Source: Azolla caroliniana (Eukaryota > Plantae > Polypodiophyta). From it: DNA of 64,000 nt. The notes under the pieces were generated by a model. The model was not told where the DNA came from and searched no databases. It saw nothing but the letters and a program-made list of their open reading frames with translations. Numbering within the stretch: position 1 is the stretch's first letter; each line of letters begins with the position of its first letter. A program made the translations under genes and the position numbers. Below, in pieces: positions 10,326-24,720 of the stretch. The stretch spans positions 17,546,001 through 17,610,000 of the forward strand of contig JBHGNT010000016.1 in the NCBI GenBank assembly GCA_043228905.1, written 5' to 3'.

Positions 10326-13300
10326 GTGTTCGAGCTCAACGGCTCCAACTACCTAGTATGGAAGTCCAAGATGAGGGACATGTTGGTGATCAAAGATCTT
10401 TGGCTGTCTATACAGTTTGGGGACAAATGACTGAACAACATCGATGCCATGATCGAGGAAGTAATTCACATGAAGATGACGACATACATTCAGTGCTTTA
10501 TCGATATGAGCCTGTACAACAACTTCAACGAAGAAAGTAAGGCTCATGGGCTCTGGGAGAAGATCGGTACCATGCTGGAAACCAAAAATGTTGTGAATCA
10601 GGTCTCAGTATTCTGGAAGCCGGTGAGACTTCTATACCAAGACGGCTCCAGCATGGCGGAGCACATTAATGCCTTACAGGGGCTTATAAACCAAACAACC
10701 TCGTTGCAGGTACCTCTAGCCAATGAGGTACTCGCGTTGCTACTGTGCAGTTCCCTCCTAGATAGTTGGGAGAGGCTAGTTGTCACTTAGGGCAACGCCG
10801 GGCCGAAAGGAAAACATCTATCCCTAGCAAGGGTAAAATCAATCTTGCTAGATGAAGAAGCTCGTCGGGAGGACTGTGAGTCTGGAACCGATCCAAAGGC
10901 CTTGGTCACAAAAGACAACCATAACCAGGGAAGAGGCCGGAATCGGAGGCCCTAGAACTGGGACAAATCAAGGACGATGTCGAAGTCAAGGGGGGGGGGG
11001 GGGGGGGCTCTTGCTTTTATTGCAAAAAGTCGGGGTACTTCTAGAAGAATTATTGACTCTTCCAGAAGGAGAAAGGAACTAACAATGACGACTCAAAGAA
11101 CGGTCCGGATCGGAGAAGTTCGGATCGGAAAGGAAAGTCGGCAATTGCAATAAGTGAGGAAGAACTACTGCTCATCACCGAGGAGAGCGAGTTATATCTT
11201 GTCAATGATGAGCCTACATGGGCAGTCGACTCCGGATCATCATTCCATTTTACCCCTGACCGGAAGTGCTTCTCATACTACCGAGATGCAGATCACAGTT
11301 GTGTCGGGATAGGAAATAAAGGTGCATGCCGAATTGTCGGCATACGAGACGTGTTGACGACGATGTCAATCGGGTGCAAGTTGTTGTTGAAAGATGTCTG
11401 ACACGTTCTGAAGGTTCGGTTGAACCTGATATCAGCTGGTTGCCTAGATGATGAAGGCTACAAGGGTAACATCCGGAATGGAGTCATGAAGTTCAGCAGA
11501 GGAAACCTGATCATGGCTCGATCCTAGAAGATCAACACATTGTACCCAATGCATGCCCGGATATGCCGAGAAGAAGTGAACGTAGTATCCAACACTACCG
11601 TTGAGTTGTGGCAAGGGAGGTTGTGTCAGATGAGCCAAAAAGGGATGAGAAGACTTGCCGAAGATTACTCATTCTGGAAAGCCGGGGTACTTCCGGAAGA
11701 ATTGTTGACTCTTCCGGAAGGAGAAAGGAACCGACAATGCCGACTCAAAGAAGGGTCCGGATCGGAGAACTTCAGATCGGAAAGGAACGTCGGAAATTGT
11801 GACAAGTGAGGAAGAACTACTGCTCATCATCAAGGAGAGCGAGTTATATCTTGTCAATGATGAGCCTACATGGGCAGTCGACTCCAGATTGTCGTTCCAT
11901 TTTACCCCTGACCGGAAGTGCTTCTCATACTACTGAGACGGAGATCACAGTTGTGTTGGGATGGGAAATAAAGGTGCATGCCAAATTGTCAGCATAGGAG
12001 ACGTGTTGCGAACAATGTCAATCGGGTGCAAGTTGCTCTTGAAAGATGTCTGACACATTCCAGAGGTTCGGTTGAACCTGATATCATCCGGTTTCCTAGA
12101 TGATATCAACACATTGTACCCAATGCATGCCCGGATATGCCGGGAAGAAGTGAATGTAGTATCCAACACTGCCGCTGAGTTGTGGCACAAGAGGTTGAGC
12201 CACATGAGCCAGAAAGGGATGAGAAGACTTGCCGAAGATAACTCATTCCGGAAAGCCAGGGTACTTCTAGAAGAATTGTTGACTCTTCCGGAAGGAGAAA
12301 GCAACCGACAATGCCGACTCAAAGAAGGGTCTCGATCGGAGAAGTTCGGATCGGAAAGCAACGTCGGCAATTGCGACAAGTGAGGAAGAACTACTGCTCA
12401 TCATCGAGGAGAGCGAGTTATATCTTGTCAACGATGAGCCTACATGGGCAGTCGACTCCGGATCGTTGTTCCATTTTACCCCTGACCGGAAGTGCTTCTC
12501 ATACTACCGAGATGGAGATCACAGTTGTGTTAGGATGGGAAATAAAGCTGCATGCCGAATTGTTAGCATACGAGACATGTTCCTGACGATGTCAATCGGG
12601 TGCAAGTTGTTGTTGAAAGATGCCTGACACGTTCCGGAGGTTGGGTTGAACCTGATATCAGTCGGTTGCCTAAATGATGAAGGCTACAAGGGTAACATCC
12701 GGAATGGAGTCATGAATTTCAGCAAAGGAAACCTGATCGTGGCTCGATCCTCGAAGATCAACACATTGTACCCAATGCATGCCCGGATATGCCGGGAAGA
12801 AGTGAACGTAGTATCCAACACTACCGTTGAGTTGTGGCACAAGAGGTTGCGCCAAATGAGCCAGAAAGGGATGAGAAGACTTGCCGAAGATAACTCATTC
12901 CGGAAAGCCGGGGTACTTCTAGAAGAATTGTTGACTCTTCCGGAAGGAGAAAGGAACCGGCAATGCCGACTCAAAGAAGGGTCCGGATTGGAGAAGTTTG
13001 GATCGGAAAGGAATGTCGGCAATTGCGACAAGTGAGGAAGAACTACTGCTCATCATCGAGGAGAGAGAGTTATATCTTGTCAATGATGAGCCTACATGGG
13101 CAGTCGACTCGGATCGTCGTTCCATTTTACCCCTGAATGGAAGTGCTTCTAATACTACCAAGACGGAGATCACAGTTGTGTCGGGATGGGAAATAAAGGT
13201 GCATGCCGAATTGTCGGCATAAGAGAGGTGTTGTGGGCGATGTCAACCGGGTGCAAGTTGTTGTTGAAAGATGTCTGACACGTTCCGGAGGTTTGGTTGA

Positions 13301-14000
13301 ACCTGATGTCAGTTGGTTGCCTAGATGATGAAGGCTACAAGGGTAACATCCGGAATGGAGTCATGAAGCTCAGCAAAGGAAACGTTATTGTGGCTCGATC
13401 CTAGAAGATCAACACATTGTACCCAATGCATGCCCGGATATGCCAGGAAGAAGTGAACGTAGTATCCAACACTACCGCTTAGTTGTGCCACATGAGGTTG
13501 TGCCACATGAGCCAGAAAGGGATGAGAAGACTTGCCGAAGATAACTCATTCGGGAGGTGAAAGATGTGCAACTTGAGAAGTGCACCAATTGTTTGGCTGG
13601 CAAGCAGAACCGAACCTCTTTCCAGACAAGCCCACCGAGAAGACAGAAAGAATCACTAGAGCTTGTACATACCGATGTATGCCAGGTGGACACGAAGTCA
13701 CATGTTGGGCCGCAGTACTTCGTGACGTTCATAGACGAGCACATCCAGAAGTTTTGGGTTTTACCACTGATGACGAAAGAGCAGGTACTATCCATCTTCA
13801 AGAAATACCACGCGAGAGTGGAAAGAAAAACCGGTTGGAAATTGAAGGCGGTTCGGGCGGACAACAGAGGCGAATGCCGGGGCAGTTCGAGGAGTACTAC
13901 CGAATGAAGGGAATCTAGCTCTAATTCATCGTGCCGAAGACACCAGAGCCCAACGGATTGGCCGAAAGGATGAACCAGACTGTGATGGAGAGAGTCTGGA
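10326..14000 (+). pseudogene. Copia E gag-protease-integrase (5' part) with a fourfold internal tandem duplication
   Basis: ELNGSNY..WKSKM, SSMAEHIN, LLDSWERLVVT, WAVDS, NLIS, LWHKRL, LELVHTDV; many stops. Confidence 0.88.
11033..13550 (+). repeat. Four tandem copies (about 650 bp; second about 575 bp) of the zinc-knuckle/protease/pre-integrase segment
   Basis: Unit GGGTACTTC..GAAGAATT.TTGACTCTTCC recurs at about 11033, 11684, 12259 and 12909. Confidence 0.9.
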
Positions 14001-14518
14001 TGTTACCTAGACAAAGGGGCGCACGAACATAGTGGGGAAGTGTCGAAGTCGGAAGCATCAAAGTCGGAAGTTCGGAGTCAAAGTCGAAGTTGGATCAAGG
14101 GAGAGGATCGATGAGTCATCATTTTGGTTAATAATAGTTAATACCGAAAGTTATAGTAAGTTACAAAGTTTTGTAGTTCTTGCCGATATGGCAATATGTA
14201 TTTCTTGATGAGGAAGTCATTCAGGTTGCCTATAGAAAGGGAACCAAAGGCATTGTAAAATCTATCGTTTTACTTTTAGTAATATAAGTTTAGTTGTAGG
14301 AATTCTCGGTGTGCAACTGTTTATTTCCTGTTTATCTATTTCCACTTTGCTAGAACTATATTACGTAAGTAACGATCTCGATGTCTGTGTAAGATCGATA
14401 AGATTATAGTAACTTAGTATCTATTCACACAACCACAATTCTTTGATAGAATGTTCAGTACGAAACGTTCGAACTATGTTGTGTGTCGGAGACAGAGTCG
14501 GTTGGCCGCCGAACAACA
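14001..14518 (+). repeat. 5' LTR of G
   Basis: Direct repeat of 28145-28647 with TG...CA ends. Confidence 0.92.
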
Positions 14519-14529
14519 TTGTATAATTT

Positions 14530-14542
14530 TGGCACACCCAGT
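14530..14542 (+). promoter_or_regulatory. PBS of G, tRNA-Arg(UCU) type
   Basis: TGGCACACCCAGT, complementary to the recalled tRNA-Arg(UCU) end ...ACTGGGTGTGCCA; 11 nt from the LTR. Confidence 0.7.
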
Positions 14543-14782
14543 TACATCTGCAATTAGTATAGAACAAGTCGAATGGTATCGTCGTCTGGTCCGGATACAC
14601 CAGTCGATCGTAAACGTCCTCGTACACATTCGGTTACAAAAGGTGTCAAAGAGGATTCTGCTACGGTGGTACAACAAGAAACAAGTCGGAGGTGGTCTTC
14701 AGTTCCTAGCTTAATTGATAGTCAGTTGGACGGAGATCAGTCCGAAGAGGTCTCATTTTACGATATCTAGAGTGAAGACAAT

Positions 14783-17700
14783 ATGCCTTACCCTTACTCG
14801 AAATTTCAAGAAGGCATTGATGTAGAAGCGCATATTAGGGATTTCTTAACAACATGGGAAATAAACCATGGGGCTCAACGACTATCGGTTGTAGTCGAGG
14901 ATAAGTCTAAAATAGCTGAGTTTGTTTTGTCATTAGATGGCCAGTCGGCAAATTGGTTTGCTCAGAACGGTTTCCGAGCATTCGAAACATTCGAACAATT
15001 AACTAAAAAATTTCTTCAATTGTTTCATCGACAAATTCCTCAGAAGGATCTGATAGCTCAATTTTATGCATTATATCAAGAACCCAATGAAACGGTGTCA
15101 CAATTTGTTATTCACTTTCAGAATCTACAACTACAAATTTCCAGGCCAATTCCGGATAACGAACTAAAGGATATCTTTCTCGAGGCAATTCGGGAACCAC
15201 TACGAACAACACTAGCGTTGTTCGATTTCCGAAGTCAGTCAATTGAGCAAGTGATTGATAAGGCCATTGCTATGGGTCGAAATCCAAAAAATGTAAGAAG
15301 TATGGATATGTCAGCATTGCATCATACTTTGTCAAGTATGGAAGAATTACAGTTTTGCCAAGCAGTACAGTGTACTATTTGTTTGACTACTGGGCATTTG
15401 ACAATCGAGTGCAGTTTACGTAAACATTGCACAATATGTCACTCTAAGGCCCATTAAGTAGAACAATGTGAATATAATTTGCTTAACAAAGCAACAACAC
15501 CGGTACGACAAATTTTTCCGGAAAATGGTTACCAAGATAACCGTAATAGGTCCAATAATAGGTATCAAGAAGATGACCGGTATGATAATCAGAATTATTC
15601 GGAAAAGCAACCGAATAATGACTGGAATGAATATAGGAGAAATGATAATCAAGGTTCAACACAAGAGGAAGCCCGACAGTATGATTATCGACAAAATCGA
15701 GATCAAGATTTTTAAGCACCGCAGGATAACAGTCGTCAATAGCAACAAGGAGGTCATTATCACAATAAACAAAATCGACCCAACAACAAAAAGAACATCC
15801 GAATGGATGTTCCCAATAAGAACAGGGTGAAGGCAGTGGATCATTCACTCCTAAATATTATATTTGCAAGAAAGATGGACATTATGCAAATCAATGTCCG
15901 TCCAAAATCAAAGGAAAAGCACATGTCGTTAATATGGTGATACCGGAAATTCAGCAGGTCATTACCATAAGTAAAGGTAAACAATCAAAATGGGAAATCC
16001 AGGAAGCTGTTAGAAAAGCAACCAAGGAATGGGTGGAAGAAGCAAATAAAAATAATGTGTCCAGGATGTTGCAGGACAATGAGGTAAACCAAGTTAACAA
16101 CCTACCCAGAGCAATGGCAGTACAGGAACATGAGGAAGCTTGGAAAATCTTGACTGATTGCCACGTATCATTACCCTTGACGAGATTACTGAAATTAGTT
16201 CCACGGTTTACAAAGAAAGTGGTAACTTTGATTGTCCAAAAAGGGATAGAGTAGGTAGTAGTTAATTATAGTTAGCCAAGTAATAGTTCGACAGTTATGG
16301 ATGAGCAGAATCCATCAATAAGAGTGATAATACATGGCTAAGAAATAGATGGCGCTATTGTAGATGGAGGATCAGGAGTAAATGTAATTAACAAAACTAC
16401 ATGTGACAAGCTTTGTATCACTAAATAGGAAGCATGTCCATTCTGGTTGAGAATGGCCGATACCAGTACGGTGTGACCGATCGGATTAATTAGGCAATTA
16501 GATGTTGTTTTAGGTGGTCACACTTTTCAAATATCACTAGTAGTGCTTCATTTGGAGACTCCTAGGGCATATCATTTGTTGTTAGGACGGCCATGGTTAA
16601 AGACTGCCAATATTAAGCAAAATTGGAATTAGAACTTACTAACATTCCGGAAAGGAAAAAATAAAATTCGAGTATCCACCCACAATAAGATAACTACAAG
16701 TAGGCAATGTCTGTGAGTTCATGCAAAGGCAGTCAATATGATGGAAGGATTGGACGAAGTGGAGGAGACTAATTATTTTGATGATAACCCAAAAATTATT
16801 CCCTTGTTCGAAGTAGACATATTACAAGCTCTTACATCATATGTTGATCAATAGAATGAAGTACCATTTAATGATCAAACAATGAAAACAATCCACCTTT
16901 AGCAGGAGGCTACGGAAAAAGAAATGAAAGTATTTCAACGAGTCCAAGCTTCGACATTGGAGGAGATAAATTTAGTTGGGGAAGATAACACGCTCGAACC
17001 AAAAACAATATTGATCACCAAGGATATGTTGTTAGCTGACAAGCAACGATTAATCGGCTTACTCAAACAGTATAAGGATGTGTTCGCTTGGTCCTTCGAA
17101 GACATGAAAGGGTTGGATCCAGCTTTTTGTCAACACCAAATTAATCTGCATAAAGATATGAAGCCAGTTCAACAACACAGGTATTGTCTGAATCCAAATT
17201 ATGCAATTAAGTTCAAAGAAGAAATAGATAAACTACTTAAGGTAGGGTTTATTCGTCCTGTAAAAAAGCTACATGGTTGAGCCTGATTGTAGTCATACCG
17301 GAAAAGAATGGAAAGATTTGGGTATGTGTCGGCTATCAGAAACTTAATGCAACAACAATAACAAACACATTTCCATTACGGTTTACGGACCATATATTGG
17401 ATGCAGTGGCTGGTCACGAAATGTACAGTTTTCTAGACGGCTTTAGCAAGTATAATAAGGTAAGAATGGAGCCGAATTATCAAGAAAAGATAGCCTTTGT
17501 CACCGAATGGGGGGTATTTGTGGCGGTCATAATGATGTTTGGGTTAAAAACAGCCCCAACCACATTTCAAAGAGTCATACAAGAAATTTTTGCTGAATAC
17601 ATTCCAGCATTCATGTAAGTTTTCTTGGATGACTTTGTTGTCTACAGTCAGAAGTCAGAACATTTCGAACATTTGCAATTATGTTTGCAACGATGTCGCA

Positions 17701-19763
17701 AAGGTCGGCTTAGCTTGAATCCAGCAAAATGCGCGTTCGGAGTTACGAGTGGAGCATTATTAGGACACATTGTCAGTCAAGAAGGAATTGCAGTTGACCC
17801 AAAAAAGGTCAAAGTTGTATTAGATGCACCAACACCAACCAACTCTAAGAGCCTTAGTCAATTTTTATGGCAAATTAGATGGCATAGTAGAATGATCAGA
17901 TATCTTGCTGATGTTGCCATTCCCTTACATACAGTGGTGCATAAAGCACCTTTCCAATGGATGAGTGTGGAGCAAGATGCATAGGAATGCCTAACGAAGA
18001 TGCTTTCTAGAGTTCCGGTTGTCCAACCACCTGATTGGAACAAACCATTTCATGTGTTTGTCGATGTATCCGATGTAGCAATTGGATGTGCACTAATGCA
18101 ATTATCCGAACCAAGCTGGTACAGACCATTTTACTATGCTAGTCGGAAATTATCCACAGTAGAAAGGAATTATTCGACAATTGAAAGGGAAGCTTTGGGA
18201 ATGATTTACGGTATCAACAAATTTCAACACTACCTTCTAGGGAAGAAATTTACATTCCATGTGGATCACTCTGCTTTACTATATTTGGTATCCAAACAGG
18301 AATTAACCGACAAACTAGCACGTTGGACGCTATTACTTTAGGAATTTGAATTCGATATTCTGCATAGACCAGGAGTGCAACATGTCGTCGCGGATTACCT
18401 TAGCCGATTAGAGTCGGGAGAAGAGGGTACAAGAGTTCAAGATGATTTTCTGGATGTCCAACTCTTTCGAATAGAGACGGTACAAGTGCAGGAAATAAAT
18501 GAGGAGATTGAGGATGTTTGGATTATAGAAATGACAATTTTTCTTACAATAGGGTTACCACCCGAGCATCTATCAGCTGACGAAAGAAAACGACTAGTGG
18601 TTCGCAACCGAAATTTCTGTCTTTTAAATGACACTTTGTATCATAAAGGAGCTGATGGAATTTGGTGACGAGCAGTACGACAATTTGAGAAAGAGATAAT
18701 TCTTCGGGAATCTCACTGTGGTATTGCGGGAGGGCACTATGCCAATGAAACTACTGCTCGGAATTTTTGGAACAGTGGGTTATGGTGGCCGACAGTTATG
18801 AAGGATGCAGTCGAATACTGTCGGAAATGCGATTTATGTCAGAGAATGGGTCAACCTACTGAAAAAGACAGGATGTCATTTCAACCCGTCTTGCCTTTGG
18901 AACCATTCCAGAAATGGGGATTAGACTTTGTCAGCCCATTTAAACTAGCAACGATTCAAACCGAGAATCGATACATCATAGTAGCCACTCATTACTGCAC
19001 TAAGTGGGTAGAGGCTAAACCTTTACGGGATAACACGGCAGCATCGACAACAAAATTTCTATACGAAAGTATATGGTGCCGATATGGATGTCCAATTGAA
19101 TTAGTAAGTGACCAAGGTACACATTTTATTAGTAAGATTATACATGACATATCTACATATTATGTAGTGGTTCATAAGAAAAGTAATCCTTATTACCCTC
19201 AAGAAAATGGGCTTGCGGAATCGACAAATAAAACACTGCAAATGATACTCAAGAAAATAGTCAATGAAAATCGTATAGATTGGGATCAGAAACTGAATAG
19301 TGCCTTATGGGAATATAGGACTTCATATAAGACTTCTATCAAATCGACTCCTTTTCGCATGGCATTCGAGTTAGAAGTCGTAATGCCAATAGAGTTTCAA
19401 GTTCCGACACTCCGAATTCAAGCAATAGAAAGGTTAGATGAACTACAATCAGAACAAATTCGGAAAGAAGGATTACTGCTATTAGAGGAAAGTCGGATAC
19501 ATGCTATGATAGATTTAGAGCGGAAGTAACGAAAAATGAAAGCATTTGTGGATCGTCACTGTCGACATGCAGAGAAGCAGTTTGCAATCAGAAAACCGGT
19601 GTTAGTGTTTCAAACAAAAATGGGGTCTATGTCGGGGAAGCTTCGATTTCGATGGATGGGATCATTCTGGATTGTTAATAGCAGAAATGGCACTTATCAA
19701 GTTGGGACACTATCCAGGGACATCCTACCAAAATGGGTAAATGGTTTTCGGCTTAAACCCTAG
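14783..19763 (+). pseudogene. gag-pol of G (two zinc-knuckle regions, protease, RT, RNase H, integrase) with many stops and frameshifts
   Basis: CTIC..TGH, AIVDGGSGVNV (about 16350), YSFLDGFS, MMFGLKTAPTTFQR, LDDF, FVDVSD, EREALGM, KWGLDFV, LVSDQGTHF, WMGSF. Confidence 0.92.
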
Positions 19764-19929
19764 CACGGGTCAATACTGGAGAACCCCTTTCAGACTACAT
19801 CCTCTGTAACGTGACGTGGTAGGAAAAAAAAAACTAAGTATTATTATCATGGCAAAAAAAAAAAGTAACTAACTGTCAGAAAAAGAAATCTTGGGAAAGT
19901 CTTTGTAACGTTATAAGTAAAGTGGGTAA

Positions 19930-20622
19930 TGTTGGGATTTCGGTCCCTCCGGATGGGATGTCCGGAGATGAATGACGGCAAGCCCGGAGGCTGTTATGGA
20001 ACCGTATGATGAAGAGTACCCGGCATGAAGCCGGATGAAGAGTACCCAGTTACGGAGCCAGATGCTGAAGACCCCGGTTACGGAGCCGGATGCTGAAGAC
20101 CCCGGTTACGGAGCCGGATGCTGAAGACCCCGGTTACGGAGCCGGATGACGTATGTACCCGGAGAGAGATCCGGATGCGGGGACATATTTGTGAATATGT
20201 TTGCTAAGGGCCCTTGAGGCTATATTTGTAAATAGCCCGAAAGTCATACGTGTATAAATATGACTTAGGGCAAACAGTTTATGTTGTTGCTCATTTTTCT
20301 GTTTTCACTTAGAGGGAGTGAAGAGAGCAGCCAGAGAGAGAGGGAGAGAGAGAGAGACGAAGAGGTCGTTGCCTCTGTGTATTGCCGCCGCCTGTGGCGA
20401 AGACAGTGAGCACAAGGTTGTTGCCTTGTAGCTTCACCATTGTACATCCCTGTTCATAGTGATGGTTGGAGTCTGAGAACTGCCGTGGTTTTTCCCATTT
20501 AGGGTTTTCCACGTAAAATATTCTGTGTACTCTCTCTTTCTATTGTCTCGTGCATTCTGTATTTCCTGTTTTCCAAGTGTTGATCCTATTCCTCGGTTGT
20601 GGCCGAGCACTTTTTTTCAACA
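19930..20622 (+). repeat. 5' LTR of H (693 bp)
   Basis: TGTTG...CAACA; contains 28-bp tandem units. Confidence 0.96.
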
Positions 20623-20653
20623 AAGTGGTATCAGAGCGACGGTAACACAGAAA

Positions 20654-23600
20654 ATGGAAGGCGGCGGTGGTGGGCCTCCGGGCATGATGGTGTTGAACTC
20701 ACAAAACTACGCCGACTGGAAGATAAAGATGGAAGACCTTCTCATCGTCCGAGACCTGTACGAACCGATCGACAATGCCGAGATACCCAAGGGGGTAATA
20801 GAGTCGGAATGGAAGCTCCTGAACCGGAAAGCCGTAGCGACGATCCGGCAATATGTCGATGTAAGCGTTCTACAACATGTGGCGAATGACACCAACGCAT
20901 ATGAGAGGCCTCTACGAGAGGAAGAATGCGTTGAACCGGACCTCCCTGATGAGAAAGATAGTGAACCTCAAGTACCGGGACGGCGAGAGTATGGTGGAAC
21001 ACGTAAGCACGTTCATGGGATTCGTGAACCAGCTTGCGGCGATCAAGTTCCCGTTGGAGGATGCAATGCAAGCCATCATCCTGATGTGTACATTGCCGGA
21101 AAGCTGGGAGAACTTGGTGGTGACTCTCAGCACCTCCTGCACGGAAGATAACTTGTCCCTACAAACGGTAAAGACAAGTATTTTGAACGAAGAAGCGCGT
21201 CGGAGAGATAAAGAACCGGCCTCCGACTCGAAGGCGCTGCTTACCGAATCGGAACGGGGAAGACAATGGAACCGGAGTCCGCAAAGACGGGAGAAGTCGG
21301 GGACCCGGTCGTAGTCAAGAGGAAGACCCACATGCTTCCACTGTGGGAAGCCGGGGCACTTCCGGAAGAATTGTCGGCATTACCGAAAAGACAACGGAGC
21401 CGACGACACCGATTCGAAGAAGTCACCGGAGAGAAACGGTGCATACCGGGGAGCCACGGACCGGAGAGGTCCGGATCGGCGAGGGCAGGACCGGAAAGGA
21501 ACGACGGCACTCGCGGCAAGTGAGGAAGAAATCATGCTCATCACCGAAGAAGGTGAACTAAACATTGCCGGCGATGAGACGACCTGGGTGGTCGATTCCG
21601 GAGCGTCGTTCCACCTGACCCCGGAAAGAAGATACTTCTCATCCTACACAGCCGGTGAGCATGGCTGTGTTCGGATGGGAAATGAAGGTACGTGCCGGAT
21701 CGCCGGCATAGGAGACGTGTGGTTGACAACCTCAACCGGATGCAAAATGCTGCTGAAGGATGTTCGACACGTTCCGGAGGTTCGATTGAACCTGATTTCG
21801 GCCGGGAGGCTAGACGATGAAGGCTACACGGGTAGCATCCGGAACGGTGTCATGAAGTTCAGCAAAGGGAGCCTGATAGTGGCTCGGGCCCGGAAGATCA
21901 ACACACTGTACCTGATGAATTCCCGGCTATGTCCGGAGGAGCTGAACGTGGCAGCTGACACTGCCGGTGAGCTGTGGCACAAAAGACTGTGCCACATGAG
22001 TGAGAAGGGGATGAAGAGGCTTGCAGAAGACAACCTTATTCCAGTGAAGCATGTGCACCTGGAGAAGTGCACCGATTGCCTGGCCGGTAAGCAGAACCGA
22101 ACCTCCTTCCACTCAAGGCCACCGACGAGACGTAGCGCACCATTGGAGTTGGTGCATACTGATGTGTGTCAGGTAGAAACGAAGTCACATGGCGGAGCCC
22201 AGTACTTCGTAACATTCATTGATGATCACAGCCGGAAGCTATGGACGGCACCGTTGAAGACAAAGGACCAAGTGTTGTGCGTCTTCAAAGAACTCCACGC
22301 GAGAGTGGAAAGGGAATCCGGCAAGAAGCTGAAAGCGATACGAGCGGATAACGGAGGGGAATACCGGGGGCAGTTCGCAGAGTACTGTCGCTCGGAGGGA
22401 ATCCGGCTCGAGTTTACTGTGCCGAAGACGCCGGAACTGAACGGGCTGGCCGAGAGGATGAACCGGACCATAATGGAGAGGGTCCGGAGTATGCTGGCGC
22501 ATGCGAAATTACCCAAGGGGTTTTGGGCTGAGGCAATGTCGACGGCGACATACGTGATAAACAGATCACCCTCAGTACCTTTGGACGGAGACACGCCGCA
22601 GAAAGTGTGGACCGGTAAGGAAGTGTCCTACCGGCATCTGAAGGTGTTCGGGTGTCTCGCATACGTGCATGTGGCAAAGGACCGGAGAGGAAAGCTAGAT
22701 CCAAAGACCCGGCCATGCATATTCCTCGGTTACGGCGATGACGAGTTCGGCTACCGAGTATGGGACCCGGTCGACAAGAAGATATTCCGGAGTCGTGATA
22801 TCATCTTCATGGAGAACAAGACACTCGCCGACTGGGAGTCGGAGAAGAAGATGAAGAGCTCCAAGTCGACCGGTGAGGATCAACTCTACGAGGAGCAGTC
22901 CCGACCGGCAAGGGACCGGTTAGCACTCGAGGATCCGGCCGAAGACGGTGAAGAAACAGAACCGGCCGAAGAAGATGAAAATAATACCGGAACCGGCCCC
23001 GATCCCGAAATGGATTCGGATGAAGAGGAAACGGAGCAGCCGGTTACCGAAGCTCCGGAACGGAGATACCCTCTAAGAGAGAGAAGGGCCCCCCGGAGAT
23101 TTCCGGAACCAGAGCACGTGCTGCTAACCGACGAGGGGGAGCCGGAGAGCTTTGAAGAAGCAAAGCATGACACCCAGAGCCGCAGGTGGTTGAGTGCCAT
23201 GCAGGACGAGATGGATTCCCTGCATGAGAACCACACATATGAACTTGTGGAGTTGCCGAAAGGAAAGCGGGCACTTCGAAACAAGTGGGTGTTCAAGCTG
23301 AAACCGGGAGATGCCGGAAACCCCCCGAGATACAAAGCCAGGATCGTGGTGAAGGGGTTTCAGCAAAAGAAGGGCGTCGACTTCGACGAGATATTTGCCC
23401 CGGTAGTGAAGATGACCTCCATCCGGACGGTGCTGAGCATAGCGGCAAGCATGGACCTCGAGGTAGAACAGATGGACGTGAAGACGGCATTCCTTCACGG
23501 GGACCTCGAAGAAGAGATCTACATGTAGCAACCAGAAGGATTCGAGAAGAAAGGGAAGGAGCACCTGGTATGCCGGTTGAAGAAGAGCCTTTACGGACTG

Positions 23601-24710
23601 AAGCAGGCTCCCCGGCAATGGTACCGAAAGTTCGACTCCTTCATGACAGACGAAGGGTACCACAAAACGCAGTCCGATCACTGTGTGTTTGTGAAGAAGT
23701 TCGAAGGAGGAGACTTTCTAATACTCCTCCTGTACGTGGACGACATGTTGATCGTCGGACGAGACCAGGTCAAAATACGGATGCTGAAGAAGGCTCTTCA
23801 CCGAACCTTCTCAATGAAGGACTTGGGTCCGGCGAGACAAATACTAGGGATGCACATCATCCGGGACCGGAGCAAGAAGCAGATGTGGCTGTCACAGGAG
23901 AAGTACGTGACAAAGGTGCTTAAACGGTTCAACATGTCGGAAGCAAGACCGGTCGGATCGACCCTCCCGGCAAACTGCAAGTTGTCCAGCAAGCAAAGCC
24001 CCAAGACAAAGGCTGAGAAGGAGGACATGATGAAAGTACCATATGCCTCTGCCGTCGGAAGCTTGATGTACGCAATGGTGTGTACAAGACCGGACATAGG
24101 ATATGCAGTTGGAGTGGTGAGCCAGTACATGAGCAAACCCGGCAAAGAGCACTGGAACGCGGTCAAGTGGATACTCCGATACCTGAAGGGCACGGCAAAC
24201 GTGTGCCTCCGATTCGGCTCCGGTAAGCCCGAATTCGACGGCTTTACCGATTCGGATATGTCGGCTGATGCAGATACCAGCCGGTCCACATCAGGGTATG
24301 TGATGACGTATGCAGGTGGAGCTGTTTCATGGCAGTCGAGGCTGCAGAAGACGGTTGCGCAGTCAACCACGGAGGCGGAGTACATGGCGGCTGTTGAAGC
24401 CGGCAAGGAAATAATATGGATGAAGGACTTCATTAGAGAGCTCGGTATCCGGCAGGAGGAGTACCGACTCTACTGCGATAGTCTGAGTGCCATCCACCTT
24501 GCGAAGAACGCGGCCTACCATTCCCGGACGAAACACATCCAGCGTAGATACCACTGGATCCGGGAAAGAATAGAAGACAAGGAGTTCGTGCTGACGAAGA
24601 TCCACACGGACGAGAACGGGTCGGATATGCTGACCAAGGTGCTCACACCCGACAAGCTGGAAGCATGCCGGAAGAGGATCGGGTTGGAGAGACATCCCAT
24701 GCCGAAGTGA
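20654..24710 (+). pseudogene. gag-pol of H with three lesions (frameshifting deletion at about 20905, TAG at 21312, TAG at 23526)
   Basis: LNSQNYADWK, LPESWE, CFHCGKPGHF, WVVDSGASFH, INT, YVDDML, RH. The TAG at 23526 corresponds to CAG in element A. Confidence 0.93.
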
Positions 24711-24720
24711 AGGGGGAGTT

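Noticed and set aside
10990-11007. Poly-G run of 18
   Set aside because: Homopolymer expansion inside dead gag, possibly a sequencing artefact.
15705-15715. Slippery-like GATTTTTAA in G gag
   Set aside because: The same frame continues to the zinc knuckle; the TAA is more simply a CAA>TAA mutation.
20040-20150. 28-bp repeats resembling a CRISPR array
   Set aside because: Head-to-tail with no spacers, inside a Copia LTR in eukaryotic DNA.
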